Shown here: positions 1-9,037 of the stretch, in pieces
How the letters are laid out: the number at the start of each line of letters is the position of its first letter
Numbering within the stretch: position 1 is the stretch's first letter
DNA from: Candidatus Baldrarchaeum yapensis
Lineage (GTDB): Archaea > Asgardarchaeota > Baldrarchaeia > Baldrarchaeales > Baldrarchaeaceae
Direction: 5' to 3'
DNA length: 32,000 nt
Assembly (NCBI GenBank): GCA_016840465.1
Contig: JAEOSH010000002.1
Location: 1-32,000, forward strand
Notes under the pieces: model-generated
What the model was told of the DNA's origin: nothing
Databases searched by the model: none
What the model saw: only the letters and a program-made list of their open reading frames with translations
Position numbers and translations under genes: made by a program

Positions 1-465
1 GGGGCCTTCCGAGGGGTTTCGCGTCTTCACGGGGGACCACGTGCCCCTCTTCCCCTTCAGGCGCTCCCTCTGCCTTTGCAGTTCGGCGCGTACCAGGGAG
101 TCGAGGGTTTCTTCGGACGCGATGCGGGCCACTGTCTCAAGGGGGAGGCGGTTTGTGCACGAGGGCTGCGAACTCAGGCGGGTTGATTTTCCGCGGTAGC
201 CCGGTCGGTACGAGGAGGCGGAGTGCAGTTTTAAAGGAGAGGGGTTTGCGGAGCAGGAGGAGCGCGCTGCGTCATGCGGGATGTCTATATGCTGTTGCCC
301 ACAACAGTAGTATCGGGCGCGGCCGGACATGGCGGACCCTCTGTGTGCCTTGTGTTGGCGATATTACGGTGCCAGCCGCGCCCTTCTACTTTTTCGCACG
401 CTTGTCATAGACAATCGTTGGCTTGACAAAAGACAACCTTTTGGTGGGCTCGTTATGAGTAAAAG
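1..465. mobile_element. GC-rich segment abutting the 3' end of tRNA-Glu; possible degenerate mobile element or edge of an integrated element (runs off the left edge)
   Basis: Roughly 60-65% GC by eye against about 40% in the flanking genes. A minus-strand frame is open from ATG 330 to the window edge (...PLETVARIASEETLDSLVRAELQRQRERLKGKRG...), and a second protein-like frame suggests frameshifts. No diagnostic motif, TIR or att duplicate is visible. Confidence 0.35.
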
Positions 466-543
466 TGGTGCCCCGGCCGGGATTTGAACCCGGGTCGCGG
501 GCTCGAGAGGCCCGCATGCTTGACCGGGCTACACCACCGGGGC
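466..543 (-). tRNA. tRNA-Glu (anticodon CTC), CCA encoded, no intron
   Basis: Reverse complement GCCCCGGTGGTGTAGCCCGGTCAAGCATGCGGGC-CT-CTC-GA-GCCCGCGACCCGGGTTCAAATCCCGGCCGGGGCACCA folds as a cloverleaf with GTTCAAATC T-loop. Confidence 0.97.
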
Positions 544-956
544 TGAGTGAAGAAGACGATAGTCATCTTATTTATCTTTTTAAAGCCCTTAAGTATTTTT
601 CTAAGCATGCGAGAACACCGACATTTGCGAAATTAAGCATCCTCTATCTCATTTTCCAGAGACTTTATGACGCAGGCATACTTGCGTGTAGGAAATTTGA
701 CATTTAAATGTATTATTTACTTTTCATCGATGTTAAATTTGAAATCAATGTAAATGAAACGAATGACAAATTCGTAGTGAGATGACCTTTTCATTCCATG
801 TTCACTCCTCGATATATTTTTAGTTGGGATAATGAGTGATAATCATATATTGGAAAAAATTGTAATAAGGAAACTTTATTACCGAGATTCGCTCCATGCA
901 AAAATGCTTTTATAGATCTCCTTTTTAGAGGAGAACGTTGACCTAGGTGAAATGAG

Positions 957-2174
957 ATGGTGAATGTTAGAGTCGACATGCTGAAGACTCTGCCAATAGA
1001 GGAGCAACCAATTGAGATGGTAGAGAGAAAGGGTCTGGGGCATCCTGACACCATTTGCGATGCAATAGTTGAGGAGGTCAGTCGTGCACTATGCAAGTAT
1101 TACCTTGAACACTACGGACAGATACTCCATCACAATGTTGATAAAGGAAGTCTCGCGGGAGGACGTGCGGAACCTAGGTTTGGTGGGGGTGAGGTTTTAG
1201 AGCCTATATACATCTTGATAATCGGAAGAGCTACCACTGACGTGCTACACGAGGGAAAATTGGAGAGGGTTCCGATAGGGACATTAACATTAGAGGCCGC
1301 AAGGAGTTTCTTGCACAGGAGTTTTAGATTCCTTGATCCCTGCAAACATGTGCAGATAGACTATAAAATAAGGCCAGGAAGTGTTGATTTGGTTACTTTA
1401 TTTGAGTCTAGAAAGTCCGCACCACTAGCGAATGATACAAGCTTTGGTGTTAGTTTCGCACCGTTTTCGGAGACAGAGAAACTTGTACTGGAATGCGAAC
1501 GTTATTTGAACTCAAGTAAGGTCAAGAAGGAACTGCCTGAGGTTGGTGAGGACATAAAAGTTATGGGACTTCGTGAAGAGAACAAAATAAGGTTAACTAT
1601 AGCGGCTGCCATAATTTCGAGTTTAACGCCCGATCTGGATCATTACATCAGTGTAAAGGAGGAAATAAAGGATAGAATTTTGGACCTAGCCACTAAAATA
1701 ACGACGCGCGAGGTTGAGGTTGAAGTTAATACTGCAGACATCATAGATCGAAATCCCCCATTGGTTTATCTGACAATTACTGGCACGTCAGCTGAAGCAG
1801 GTGACGACGGGCAAGTAGGTCGAGGGAACAGAGTTAATGGTCTTATAACGCCGATGCGTCCGATGTCACTGGAGGCTGCCGCTGGGAAGAATCCCCTATC
1901 ACATGTCGGCAAAATTTACAATGCACTTGCAAATCTCATTGCGAACAGAATTGTGGAAGAGGTGCAGTATGTCAAGGAAGCATATGTGAGAATACTGAGT
2001 CAGATAGGAAAACCAATTACAGACCCCCAGATAGCGAGTGCACAGTTAGTCACGGATAAGGGGGCGCCTTGGAACGTCGTAAAGAGTGATGTGGAGGGAA
2101 TAATAGAGGACGAAGTTAACAAGGTCACCTCGTTAACGCAGAAGTTCGTAGAGGGGAAAATTTCCTTGTACTAG
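957..2174 (+). CDS. mat: Archaeal S-adenosylmethionine synthetase
   Basis: Motifs [56 protein letters not shown] and [15 protein letters not shown]; 405 aa. Confidence 0.96.
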   Translation: MVNVRVDMLKTLPIEEQPIEMVERKGLGHPDTICDAIVEEVSRALCKYYLEHYGQILHHNVDKGSLAGGRAEPRFGGGEVLEPIYILIIGRATTDVLHEGKLERVPIGTLTLEAARSFLHRSFRFLDPCKHVQIDYKIRPGSVDLVTLFESRKSAPLANDTSFGVSFAPFSETEKLVLECERYLNSSKVKKELPEVGEDIKVMGLREENKIRLTIAAAIISSLTPDLDHYISVKEEIKDRILDLATKITTREVEVEVNTADIIDRNPPLVYLTITGTSAEAGDDGQVGRGNRVNGLITPMRPMSLEAAAGKNPLSHVGKIYNALANLIANRIVEEVQYVKEAYVRILSQIGKPITDPQIASAQLVTDKGAPWNVVKSDVEGIIEDEVNKVTSLTQKFVEGKISLY

Positions 2175-2186
2175 ATGCTAACTATT

Positions 2187-2402
2187 TTAGATGCCAAATA
2201 GTGATAATAGTACGTGAATTCCGACCCCTATTGTTATAGATGCTATGAATATGTTTACTAAGAGGCGAGATATCGAGAGTTTCTCACCGCTCTCGACATA
2301 AAGAATAAGTGCAATTATGGAAATCACGCCTATTACTAATAGGGTTATTGAGATAGCGAGGGCAAAGTCCCACAATTTTATCGTGAAAGAGGGTGCTTGC
2401 AT
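2187..2402 (-). CDS. Small hypothetical membrane protein (two hydrophobic helices, about 71 aa)
   Basis: The ORF fills the gap between mat and the signal peptidase. GAGGTG SD-like motif precedes ATG 2402. Two hydrophobic stretches: FALAISITLLVIGVISIIALILYV and LLVNIFIASITIGVGIHVLLSLFGI. Confidence 0.6.
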   Translation of the reverse strand: MQAPSFTIKLWDFALAISITLLVIGVISIIALILYVESGEKLSISRLLVNIFIASITIGVGIHVLLSLFGI

Positions 2403-2475
2403 TGTTGGCACCTCTTAATATGAGAAACGGACTTGGATATCAGAATATCCAAAAAGAGTATTTGAGGGTTTTCTG

Positions 2476-3195
2476 ATGAAAGGGGGACATAAATCGTTCG
2501 TACTATTAGTTATCATATTAGGCTTCGTTATTAGTACACACATATTTTTCACAATCGGCCTGAGAATTCTCCTTAACACGAATGAGCCAATTGTTGTTGT
2601 AACATCGGGAAGTATGGAGCCCTCAATCAAGGTTGGTGATATTTTAGTGCTGAGAGGTGCCACTCCTGATGAGATACACATTGGTGATGTAATATTATAC
2701 AGCGGAAGTGTACACGGACCGGATACTTTAATTGTACATAGAGTAGTAAAAAAATACAGTGTTGGAGACGAGATCTTTTTCATAACAAAGGGTGATGCAA
2801 ATCCGGCTGTCGACCCGGTGCCTGTTCCCTATTCAAAGGTTTTTGGTAAAGTTGTTTTGAGGATCCCCGTGCTGGGCTTTATATTGTTATGGTTAAAGGC
2901 GGGTGGTATAATCATATATGCGATTATTGTGCTTCTCATCATTGTCGCACTATGGGGTATTTATTCAAGTGAGACTGATGATATTTCTAATATTCATGTT
3001 CCTTCTCCAAATACTGAACTATTTTCCGATAATCTTCTCTTTCAATCCAGTTATTCCTTAAATACTCTTTCAGAAGTTCGGAAATTGTCAATATGCTATA
3101 GAGGGGTATTCCCTCCTTCTCCAAGATTCTTCTACCTCCTTGTTCTCTATCTAAGAGAACCACTGCACCTACGACTATTCCTCCTTCCTTTTTGA
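2476..3195 (+). CDS. Signal peptidase I (S26B/Sec11 type); 3' end extends antisense into pyrE
   Basis: N-terminal TM helix, VVTSGSMEP (catalytic Ser), GDILV, IVHRV (catalytic His), TKGDANPAVDP, and a C-terminal TM helix. Confidence 0.92.
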   Translation: MKGGHKSFVLLVIILGFVISTHIFFTIGLRILLNTNEPIVVVTSGSMEPSIKVGDILVLRGATPDEIHIGDVILYSGSVHGPDTLIVHRVVKKYSVGDEIFFITKGDANPAVDPVPVPYSKVFGKVVLRIPVLGFILLWLKAGGIIIYAIIVLLIIVALWGIYSSETDDISNIHVPSPNTELFSDNLLFQSSYSLNTLSEVRKLSICYRGVFPPSPRFFYLLVLYLREPLHLRLFLLPF

Positions 3196-3628
3196 TGCTT
3201 TTTGCAGCATTGAGTATGTTCCCACCTGTTGTTATCAAATCGTCAACTATTATTACCTTTTCTCCCTCGTTTAGTATTCCTTCAACTTGTTTCCTCATAC
3301 CATAGTCCTTCGCTTCTTTTCTAACATAAATCAGCGGCTTTTTGAGTTTGTAGCTCACAAGTGTTGCGATTACGAGACCCATTGTTGGGATTCCAGCTAT
3401 TTTATCGTAGTTTTCTTTAAAGGTGCTTTTTATCAGCATGACATATGCGTCACAGATTCTTGAGAAATATTCGGGGAAGCTTGGTAAAACCCTCAAATCG
3501 ATGTAATATGGACTATATTTTCCGGAACTGAGTACGAATTTTCCTATTTTTAGTGCGGAAATTTCGTACAATATTCTGCAGATATAATTTTTGTCAAACG
3601 ATTCTTGAAACTCTTTGTTTTTCATCAA
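2987..3628 (-). CDS. pyrE: Orotate phosphoribosyltransferase
   Basis: FVLSSGKYSPYYIDLR, YVRKEAKDYG, PRPP-binding VIIVDDLITTGG, VVLLDREQGG. Confidence 0.95.
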   Translation of the reverse strand: MMKNKEFQESFDKNYICRILYEISALKIGKFVLSSGKYSPYYIDLRVLPSFPEYFSRICDAYVMLIKSTFKENYDKIAGIPTMGLVIATLVSYKLKKPLIYVRKEAKDYGMRKQVEGILNEGEKVIIVDDLITTGGNILNAAKSIKKEGGIVVGAVVLLDREQGGRRILEKEGIPLYSILTISELLKEYLRNNWIEREDYRKIVQYLEKEHEY

Positions 3629-4331
3629 ATTCTACCCTCACTACCTCTAATATTTCACATTGGTGAGCGATCACCTGCGGTAAATATCTACTCACGAGCG
3701 ACGAAAACTCCTCTAAAGATTTTCTTTTGTCGGTATGAATTGGTATCGCAACTTTGGGATCGGTCAGTTTGACGATTTCGAATCCAGATCGTGGAGAGAG
3801 ATTTCTTGAGATGCCAACCGGGCAGAATGTTATTAATGGTTTGTATTTCTCTCCTATTACTTTCATTTCCGAATGAGGAACACTATCACCAGCATGAAAA
3901 ATTGAGAAATCTTTAAAGGACAACAAATAGGCAAGTGAATGAATTGCAGGGTGAATAGCTTCAATTGCAACTATTCTTATTCCACAAACTTCTTCACACC
4001 GTTTTGCGTTCATAGTAACCAAATAATCATTTTTTACATACTTTCTAAGCATATACGCTATTTTTTCTGGGATAACAACAGTAGCCTTCTTCTTCTCATG
4101 AAGCTTTCTGACGGTTAAGGGATCTAAATGATTCTTGTGCTCATGAGTTATTAGTATGAGGTCCACTTCACCTACTTCCTGCGCATCCATTCTTATCGGA
4201 TCAATGAATACCGTAAACTCCGAGGTTCTTATGATAACACTCCCATATCTGTTTATCCATGAGAAAAGTACAGCTCTATCGCTTGGTATTTCCTTGTAGA
4301 TCTCCATGTACATGCTCGGCAATTTTGACAC
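3594..4331 (-). CDS. Metallo-beta-lactamase fold hydrolase (UlaG-like)
   Basis: FIDP, DLILITHEHKNH (variant of THxHxDH), FHAGDS, PKVAIPIH. Confidence 0.85.
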   Translation of the reverse strand: MSKLPSMYMEIYKEIPSDRAVLFSWINRYGSVIIRTSEFTVFIDPIRMDAQEVGEVDLILITHEHKNHLDPLTVRKLHEKKKATVVIPEKIAYMLRKYVKNDYLVTMNAKRCEEVCGIRIVAIEAIHPAIHSLAYLLSFKDFSIFHAGDSVPHSEMKVIGEKYKPLITFCPVGISRNLSPRSGFEIVKLTDPKVAIPIHTDKRKSLEEFSSLVSRYLPQVIAHQCEILEVVRVEFDEKQRVSRIV

Positions 4332-4374
4332 CTATGACTATCGACAGAAAATCGGAGTTATCAGGATCTCCTTG

Positions 4375-4905
4375 TCACTTTTCGTCATCATCCTCCTCTA
4401 ATTCCTTGGCCATAAGATAGGCATCTTCTCCGTCGGAATAGTATCTTTTCAGAACTTTTACCTCTTTATATCCCAACTTCTTGTAGAGAGAGATTGCCGG
4501 AGTGTTGCTCACTCGCACCTCGAGCATCATTTCTTTTGCTCCATACTCCTTAAGGGCCTTTTCTGCCGCGCGTAGGAGAGCAGTTGCAATACCTTTTCTT
4601 CTATGTCCTGGCATGACCGCAATTGAGACCACATGCCCCTTTCTAGTAAGTTTTATGCCCATATTTGATAGACCATATTCGACCCTACACATGATATAAC
4701 CGACGACCTCGCCGTCTTTTTCCGCGATTAAAAACGCCTTAGGGAAATTCTGATGCAGGTATATGAAAAATGATGAGGGATAGTTTTCGGGAAGACATGT
4801 TTTATTTATTCTCATAACATCAGCTAATTTGTCTGCGGAGAAAACTTTTATTTTATAATCGCCAACTGTAGCGACAACGTCTTCTTCCTTGCTAAGCCTT
4901 TCCAC
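4375..4905 (-). CDS. GNAT N-terminal acetyltransferase (archaeal Ard1/RimI)
   Basis: INKTCLPENY, VGYIMCRVE, GHVVSIAVMPGHRRKGIA, LEVRVSNTPAISLYKKLGY, YYSDGEDAYLM. Confidence 0.93.
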   Translation of the reverse strand: MERLSKEEDVVATVGDYKIKVFSADKLADVMRINKTCLPENYPSSFFIYLHQNFPKAFLIAEKDGEVVGYIMCRVEYGLSNMGIKLTRKGHVVSIAVMPGHRRKGIATALLRAAEKALKEYGAKEMMLEVRVSNTPAISLYKKLGYKEVKVLKRYYSDGEDAYLMAKELEEDDDEK

Positions 4906-4989
4906 AGGGACGCACCACCAATGTATTTGGTGGTTCTTATCTAGTATGAGGCTTATAACGTGCTATACATGGACGCTACATTTCGTCTT

Positions 4990-6108
4990 TTATTGATTCA
5001 TTTGCCTTCGGAATTTAAACCATATCCTACACGTACCTTCTTGTGAAACCATGCAAGGACCATAAGGAGACGCGGGTGTACAGACTTTACCGAACAGTTT
5101 GCACTGCGGAGGGTATATTTTTCCTATTAGTACTAGATGACATGAACAACCGGGCAGAATATCACGCGATTGATGTTCTAACCTGATATCGAACTTTTTT
5201 CTCGCGTCAAAGTTTTCATAAGGCTTTCTAAGAGAGAATCCGGACTTTGGAACCCTACCAATTCCTCTCCAATGAGCGCTCACGGGTACGAATACTTCAT
5301 TCATCGTCTCTTGCGCTTTGACGTTTCCCTCATACTTTACACATCTTAAATACTCGTTTTCACACTTTATGTCATTTGTTACTATTTGTTTGAGGATCAT
5401 GAGGACCGCTATAAGGATGTCAGCAGGCTCAAAGCCGGCAATCACTGTTGGCATGTTATAGGCATCTGCAAATATTTCAAACGGCTTTACACCGATTATT
5501 GTGGCTACATGTCCTGGACATATGAAACCATCTATATGTAAGTCGCCAATACCTAGCAACAATTCCATTATCGGCGGTATTAGCCTATGTGAACAGAGTA
5601 TACTGAAGTTCTCGGGTGGGTCATTTAAAATTAAGGATGCAACTCCGGGTGCTGTTGTTTCGAAGCCTACCGAGAAGAATACTACTTCTTTATCCTTATA
5701 CTTCTTAGCAAGCTGGACAGCATCGATAGGACTATACACAATTTTAACATTGGCACCTTCAGCACGTGCTTTCCACAGCGAGCTATATGATGCCGGTACC
5801 CGTGTCATGTCTCCGAACGTTGCTAATATTACATTTTCTTGCTTTGCTAGGAAAATTGCTTCATCGATTTCTTTTGCCGGAACAACACATACAGGACACC
5901 CAGGACCTGGCAACAACTCCACATTTTCGGGAAGAAGATCCCGTATACCATGCTGTGTTATCGATTGTTCATGTGTCGGTGCCGGTCACTGACCGGCAGT
6001 CCCGCACACGTGCATGATTTTTATTTTTCCGTGTACTTCTCCTGACAATATTTTTAATTTCCTTCTAACATTCTTAATGAATTCCTTATCTCTACCGAGA
6101 CCTAGCAA
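4990..6108 (-). CDS. hypD: [NiFe]-hydrogenase maturation protein HypD, interrupted by a 24-nt insert containing an in-frame TGA (364 aa if the insert is removed)
   Basis: TTG start at 6108 after a G-rich SD gives MLGLGRDKEFIK...IKIMHVCGT-[insert 5975-5998]-HEQSITQHGIRDLLPENVELLPGPGCPVC. Downstream motifs TFGDMTRVP, VGFETTAP, GFICPGHV, GFEP and the C-terminal Fe-S Cys set (GCSC...PPQCKLFGKVCTP...GPCMVSQEGTC) are intact. The supplied ORF track starts only at 5922. Confidence 0.93.
5975..5998 (-). other. 24-nt palindromic insert in hypD; candidate bulge-helix-bulge mRNA intron
   Basis: Minus-strand sequence TGCCGGTCAGTGACCGGCACCGAC. It contains the perfect inverted repeat TGCCGGTCA-G-TGACCGGCA and an in-frame TGA (5988-5986). 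Removal gives TGC GGG AC|A CAT GAA = C-G-T-H-E. Confidence 0.6.
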
Positions 6109-6763
6109 CGTATCCCCCCACGACTCCTTTTAATAATTCTAAATCTCTTTTAGAGTTCACATTTAGGAATGTTGTTAGCTTTGTATCCATGTTTTTTAGT
6201 ACATTTGTTGAAACATAAAGCACCCGCGTCAGCCTCTTAATCGCGCAACTGATTTTAAAGTTATGCTCAGTTGTGATCAGGTCGATGCATGCTTTATACA
6301 TCGCATCTGTTTTGTAAGCTGCATGAAGCGGTTCTAAATATCCATTCGGCCAGCGCGGTACTACTGCATCAGTGTCATTTAGGAGGCAGAGCCTTACTAG
6401 AAATGATACTACGTCCCTATTTGGGAACGGAGAATCACATGGTAACACTAATGTTACTTTCGTTTTTGAATACTTTAACGCCGATATTAACCCTATTATT
6501 GGAGCGTGAATGTCAGAGAATTCTTCATCGAACACTATTTTTACGTCCTCATATATTTCCTTAGAGAAAATTTTGTACTCCTCTGCCTGTCTGGAATCTT
6601 TAAACACTATGAAAATAGGATAGCCGAGAGAACGGCATGCCTCAATTATCCAGGAAATCATGCTTTTCCCGCGTATTTTATGGAGACACTTATTACCATG
6701 TCCGAATCTGCTCGACCTGCCGCCAGCTAGTATGGCTATGGATGCTCCTGTCATGAAGACCAC
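6092..6763 (-). CDS. mobA: Molybdenum cofactor guanylyltransferase
   Basis: ILAGGRSSRFG..NK, PIIGLISAL, LVLPCDSPF, VVPRWPNGYLEPLHAAY, FLNVNSKRDL. Confidence 0.9.
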   Translation of the reverse strand: MVFMTGASIAILAGGRSSRFGHGNKCLHKIRGKSMISWIIEACRSLGYPIFIVFKDSRQAEEYKIFSKEIYEDVKIVFDEEFSDIHAPIIGLISALKYSKTKVTLVLPCDSPFPNRDVVSFLVRLCLLNDTDAVVPRWPNGYLEPLHAAYKTDAMYKACIDLITTEHNFKISCAIKRLTRVLYVSTNVLKNMDTKLTTFLNVNSKRDLELLKGVVGGYVARSR

Positions 6764-6766
6764 GTA

Positions 6767-7666
6767 TTACTTTCTGAGAAGGGCGGACGCTAAGTAACCC
6801 ACTATTGCGGTCGCGTCGTCATTTCTTATGTCATAGCTTGTTAGGTACTTAAGTGTGCGCACCTCCAAGTTTCCGTATTCCTTTGCAAATTCTATTAATG
6901 TGGCTATAGCACCCGGTCCACACATTGTTAATTGTTCGCTCATTACTGTTTCTAAGAGACCTTCAGCGTCTAATTTTTCTATTTTTTCGATAACTTTTTT
7001 ATCGGTTTCATAGATCCATTTGAGAATTCTCGTCAGCGGAGATGTTCCAACAGGGGTGTAACCGTAAATGGTTCCGTAGTGAGTCATATCAGTAGTTGCT
7101 ATTACAACAACCTTCCTTTCGGTTTCTTTTACTGCGTTAGCAAGTGCAACTCCAACTTCCTTACATGTGTCATAGTCCATAGTTGCGATCACTATTGGTA
7201 CTATCTTGAAGTTCTCTTGCAAGAAGTACTGCAAGAAGGGCAATTGCACCTCTATGGAGTGTTCACCCTCATGAGCTTCCGGAGCATCAAGTAGCACGTC
7301 ACAATAGGATATTATTTTGTTTGCAAGTTTCTCATCTATTTTCACAACCCCGAGAGGGGTATGCCACTCGCCTTCCATCATGATGCTTGCGCCCACAAAG
7401 CCCGTGTGACTCGGGCCTAGGAGTATTGCGGTATCGAAGATCCCATCTTTGAACAAATATGAGTAAAAGTGAGCTGCAACGGGACCTGAGTATATATACC
7501 CGGCATGTGGCACAATCCCCCCAATAACCTTTTTCAAGTACTCATTTTTTATTTGTGGAATTTCTTGAGGTCCATATTTGCTCAAAAAACAGTCTTCGAT
7601 ACATTTTTTCAATTCGGAAGGTTCAAACGGATAAAATCCTATTGCGGCTGGATATCTTATCGTCAT
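6767..7666 (-). CDS. MEMO1 family protein (AmmeMemoRadiSam system protein B)
   Basis: IVPHAGYIYSG, ILLGPSH, WHTPLG, EHSIEVQLPFLQ, ATTDMTHYG, TMCGPGAI, YLTSYD...VGY. Confidence 0.93.
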   Translation of the reverse strand: MTIRYPAAIGFYPFEPSELKKCIEDCFLSKYGPQEIPQIKNEYLKKVIGGIVPHAGYIYSGPVAAHFYSYLFKDGIFDTAILLGPSHTGFVGASIMMEGEWHTPLGVVKIDEKLANKIISYCDVLLDAPEAHEGEHSIEVQLPFLQYFLQENFKIVPIVIATMDYDTCKEVGVALANAVKETERKVVVIATTDMTHYGTIYGYTPVGTSPLTRILKWIYETDKKVIEKIEKLDAEGLLETVMSEQLTMCGPGAIATLIEFAKEYGNLEVRTLKYLTSYDIRNDDATAIVGYLASALLRK

Positions 7667-7828
7667 TTTATGACCACCATTTTCTGCTTCTTAAATAGTC
7701 TCAAAAAAGGTAACGATAAGAGAGCGTGAATACTTTAACTCATCTCCCTCTGATATGTAACATCTATCGTAAAATTACCAAAAATGTTATAAGGTTGATT
7801 AAATTAGGAATCTCATTGGTGATAAGGA

Positions 7829-9037
7829 GTGACGCTTGATATTATAGAGAGTGAGTTGCAGAAACCATCAATATTTAAGGATGAGAGCAAATTATCGATC
7901 GATTATGTTCCACCCAAACTTCCTCACAGAGAGCAGGAAATCAGGAAACTGATAAGTATCTTTCGAGCAGTCTTGGAAAATCCCATGAGCATAAGCAGAA
8001 AGGTCGTAATTACGGGTGATATTGGTACAGGTAAAACGGCAATTTCGAAGTTTTTTGGAGAAAAAATTTTAGAATACGCAAAAAAGCGGGGATTACCATT
8101 AAAATATATACATTTGAATTGTAGAAAACACAGATCAACTTTTGTGCTATTAAATACTCTCATAAGGGCTCTCTCACCCAAATTCCCCGAGAGAGGATAC
8201 TCACATGACGAGTTATTGTCAATACTCAGGGGAATTCTTGCAGAAAAGAATGTTCACGTGATACTCACACTAGATGAGATAGAGTATTTGATACAATTCA
8301 ACAGACAGGATGCACAAGAGTTGATATATAGTCTTACGCGCTTATATGAGGAGGAGATGAATGCCCCTCAGAGGATATCTCTAATTTTAATTTCTCGTAG
8401 TGATGCTTTTCTATCGGCGTTCGATGAGAGTGTGTTAAGCACTCTACAACCAAGTAAGATACATTTGGAAAAGTACACCGAAGAACAACTGTTTGATATA
8501 CTTAAAGATCGGCGGGATATGGCGTTTTACGAGAGAGTAGTTCCGGATGATATTTTACAAATGATTGCGGAAATTGCTGCTCCACGCGGGGATGCAAGGT
8601 ATGCAATTGAATTGCTGTTAAAGGCAGGAAAGTATGCAGAACAAGAGGGTAAAACAAAAGTAATACCTGAGCACGTTAGAAAGGCCAAATCTGAAACTCA
8701 TCCGGCCGTCAGGAAAGAGGTTCTTAGGGATCTATCAAAACATGAAAAATTGTTACTATTAGCTCTTGCGCGTAAATTGAGAAAGAGCGAGCAGGTATAT
8801 CTAACTATGGGAGAATTAGAAGAGCTTTACAGGATACTTTGTGAAGAACTTGGCGAAAAGGCGCGAACGCATACGCAAATATGGGAATATGTACAAAATC
8901 TTGAGAAATTTGGAATTATTTCAAAGAGATTATCTGGTAGAGGTATGCGCGGAAAAACAACTCTTATTAGCCTTCCTGAGGTTCCTGCTGAGATATTGGA
9001 GAGGGAACTTATGAGAGAACTGGGAATCTCGGAGTAG
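7829..9037 (+). CDS. cdc6: Orc1/Cdc6 replication initiator family AAA+ ATPase
   Basis: LSIDYVPPKLPHREQE, Walker A GDIGTGKT, Walker B LTLDEIE, GDARYAIELL, and a C-terminal winged helix ending GMRGKTTLI. Confidence 0.95.
   Translation: MTLDIIESELQKPSIFKDESKLSIDYVPPKLPHREQEIRKLISIFRAVLENPMSISRKVVITGDIGTGKTAISKFFGEKILEYAKKRGLPLKYIHLNCRKHRSTFVLLNTLIRALSPKFPERGYSHDELLSILRGILAEKNVHVILTLDEIEYLIQFNRQDAQELIYSLTRLYEEEMNAPQRISLILISRSDAFLSAFDESVLSTLQPSKIHLEKYTEEQLFDILKDRRDMAFYERVVPDDILQMIAEIAAPRGDARYAIELLLKAGKYAEQEGKTKVIPEHVRKAKSETHPAVRKEVLRDLSKHEKLLLLALARKLRKSEQVYLTMGELEELYRILCEELGEKARTHTQIWEYVQNLEKFGIISKRLSGRGMRGKTTLISLPEVPAEILERELMRELGISE

Noticed and set aside
465-707. 80-aa plus-strand ORF
   Set aside because: It is antisense to tRNA-Glu and runs through its promoter region; it has no protein-like features.
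544-956. AT-rich 410-nt intergenic region as origin, riboswitch or hidden gene
   Set aside because: No ORB repeats or stable structure are visible. Only a 25-codon minus-strand ORF is present, and the 791-1096 ORF is largely antisense to mat.
5986-5988. Selenocysteine or readthrough decoding of the in-frame TGA in hypD
   Set aside because: The TGA lies inside the 24-nt insert and not at a conserved Cys position. Readthrough would add 8 residues (AGQ*PAPT) within the metal-binding CGTHE motif, and I see no SECIS-like element.
7667-7828. Replication origin upstream of cdc6
   Set aside because: The gap is short and lacks recognisable ORB or mini-ORB repeats.
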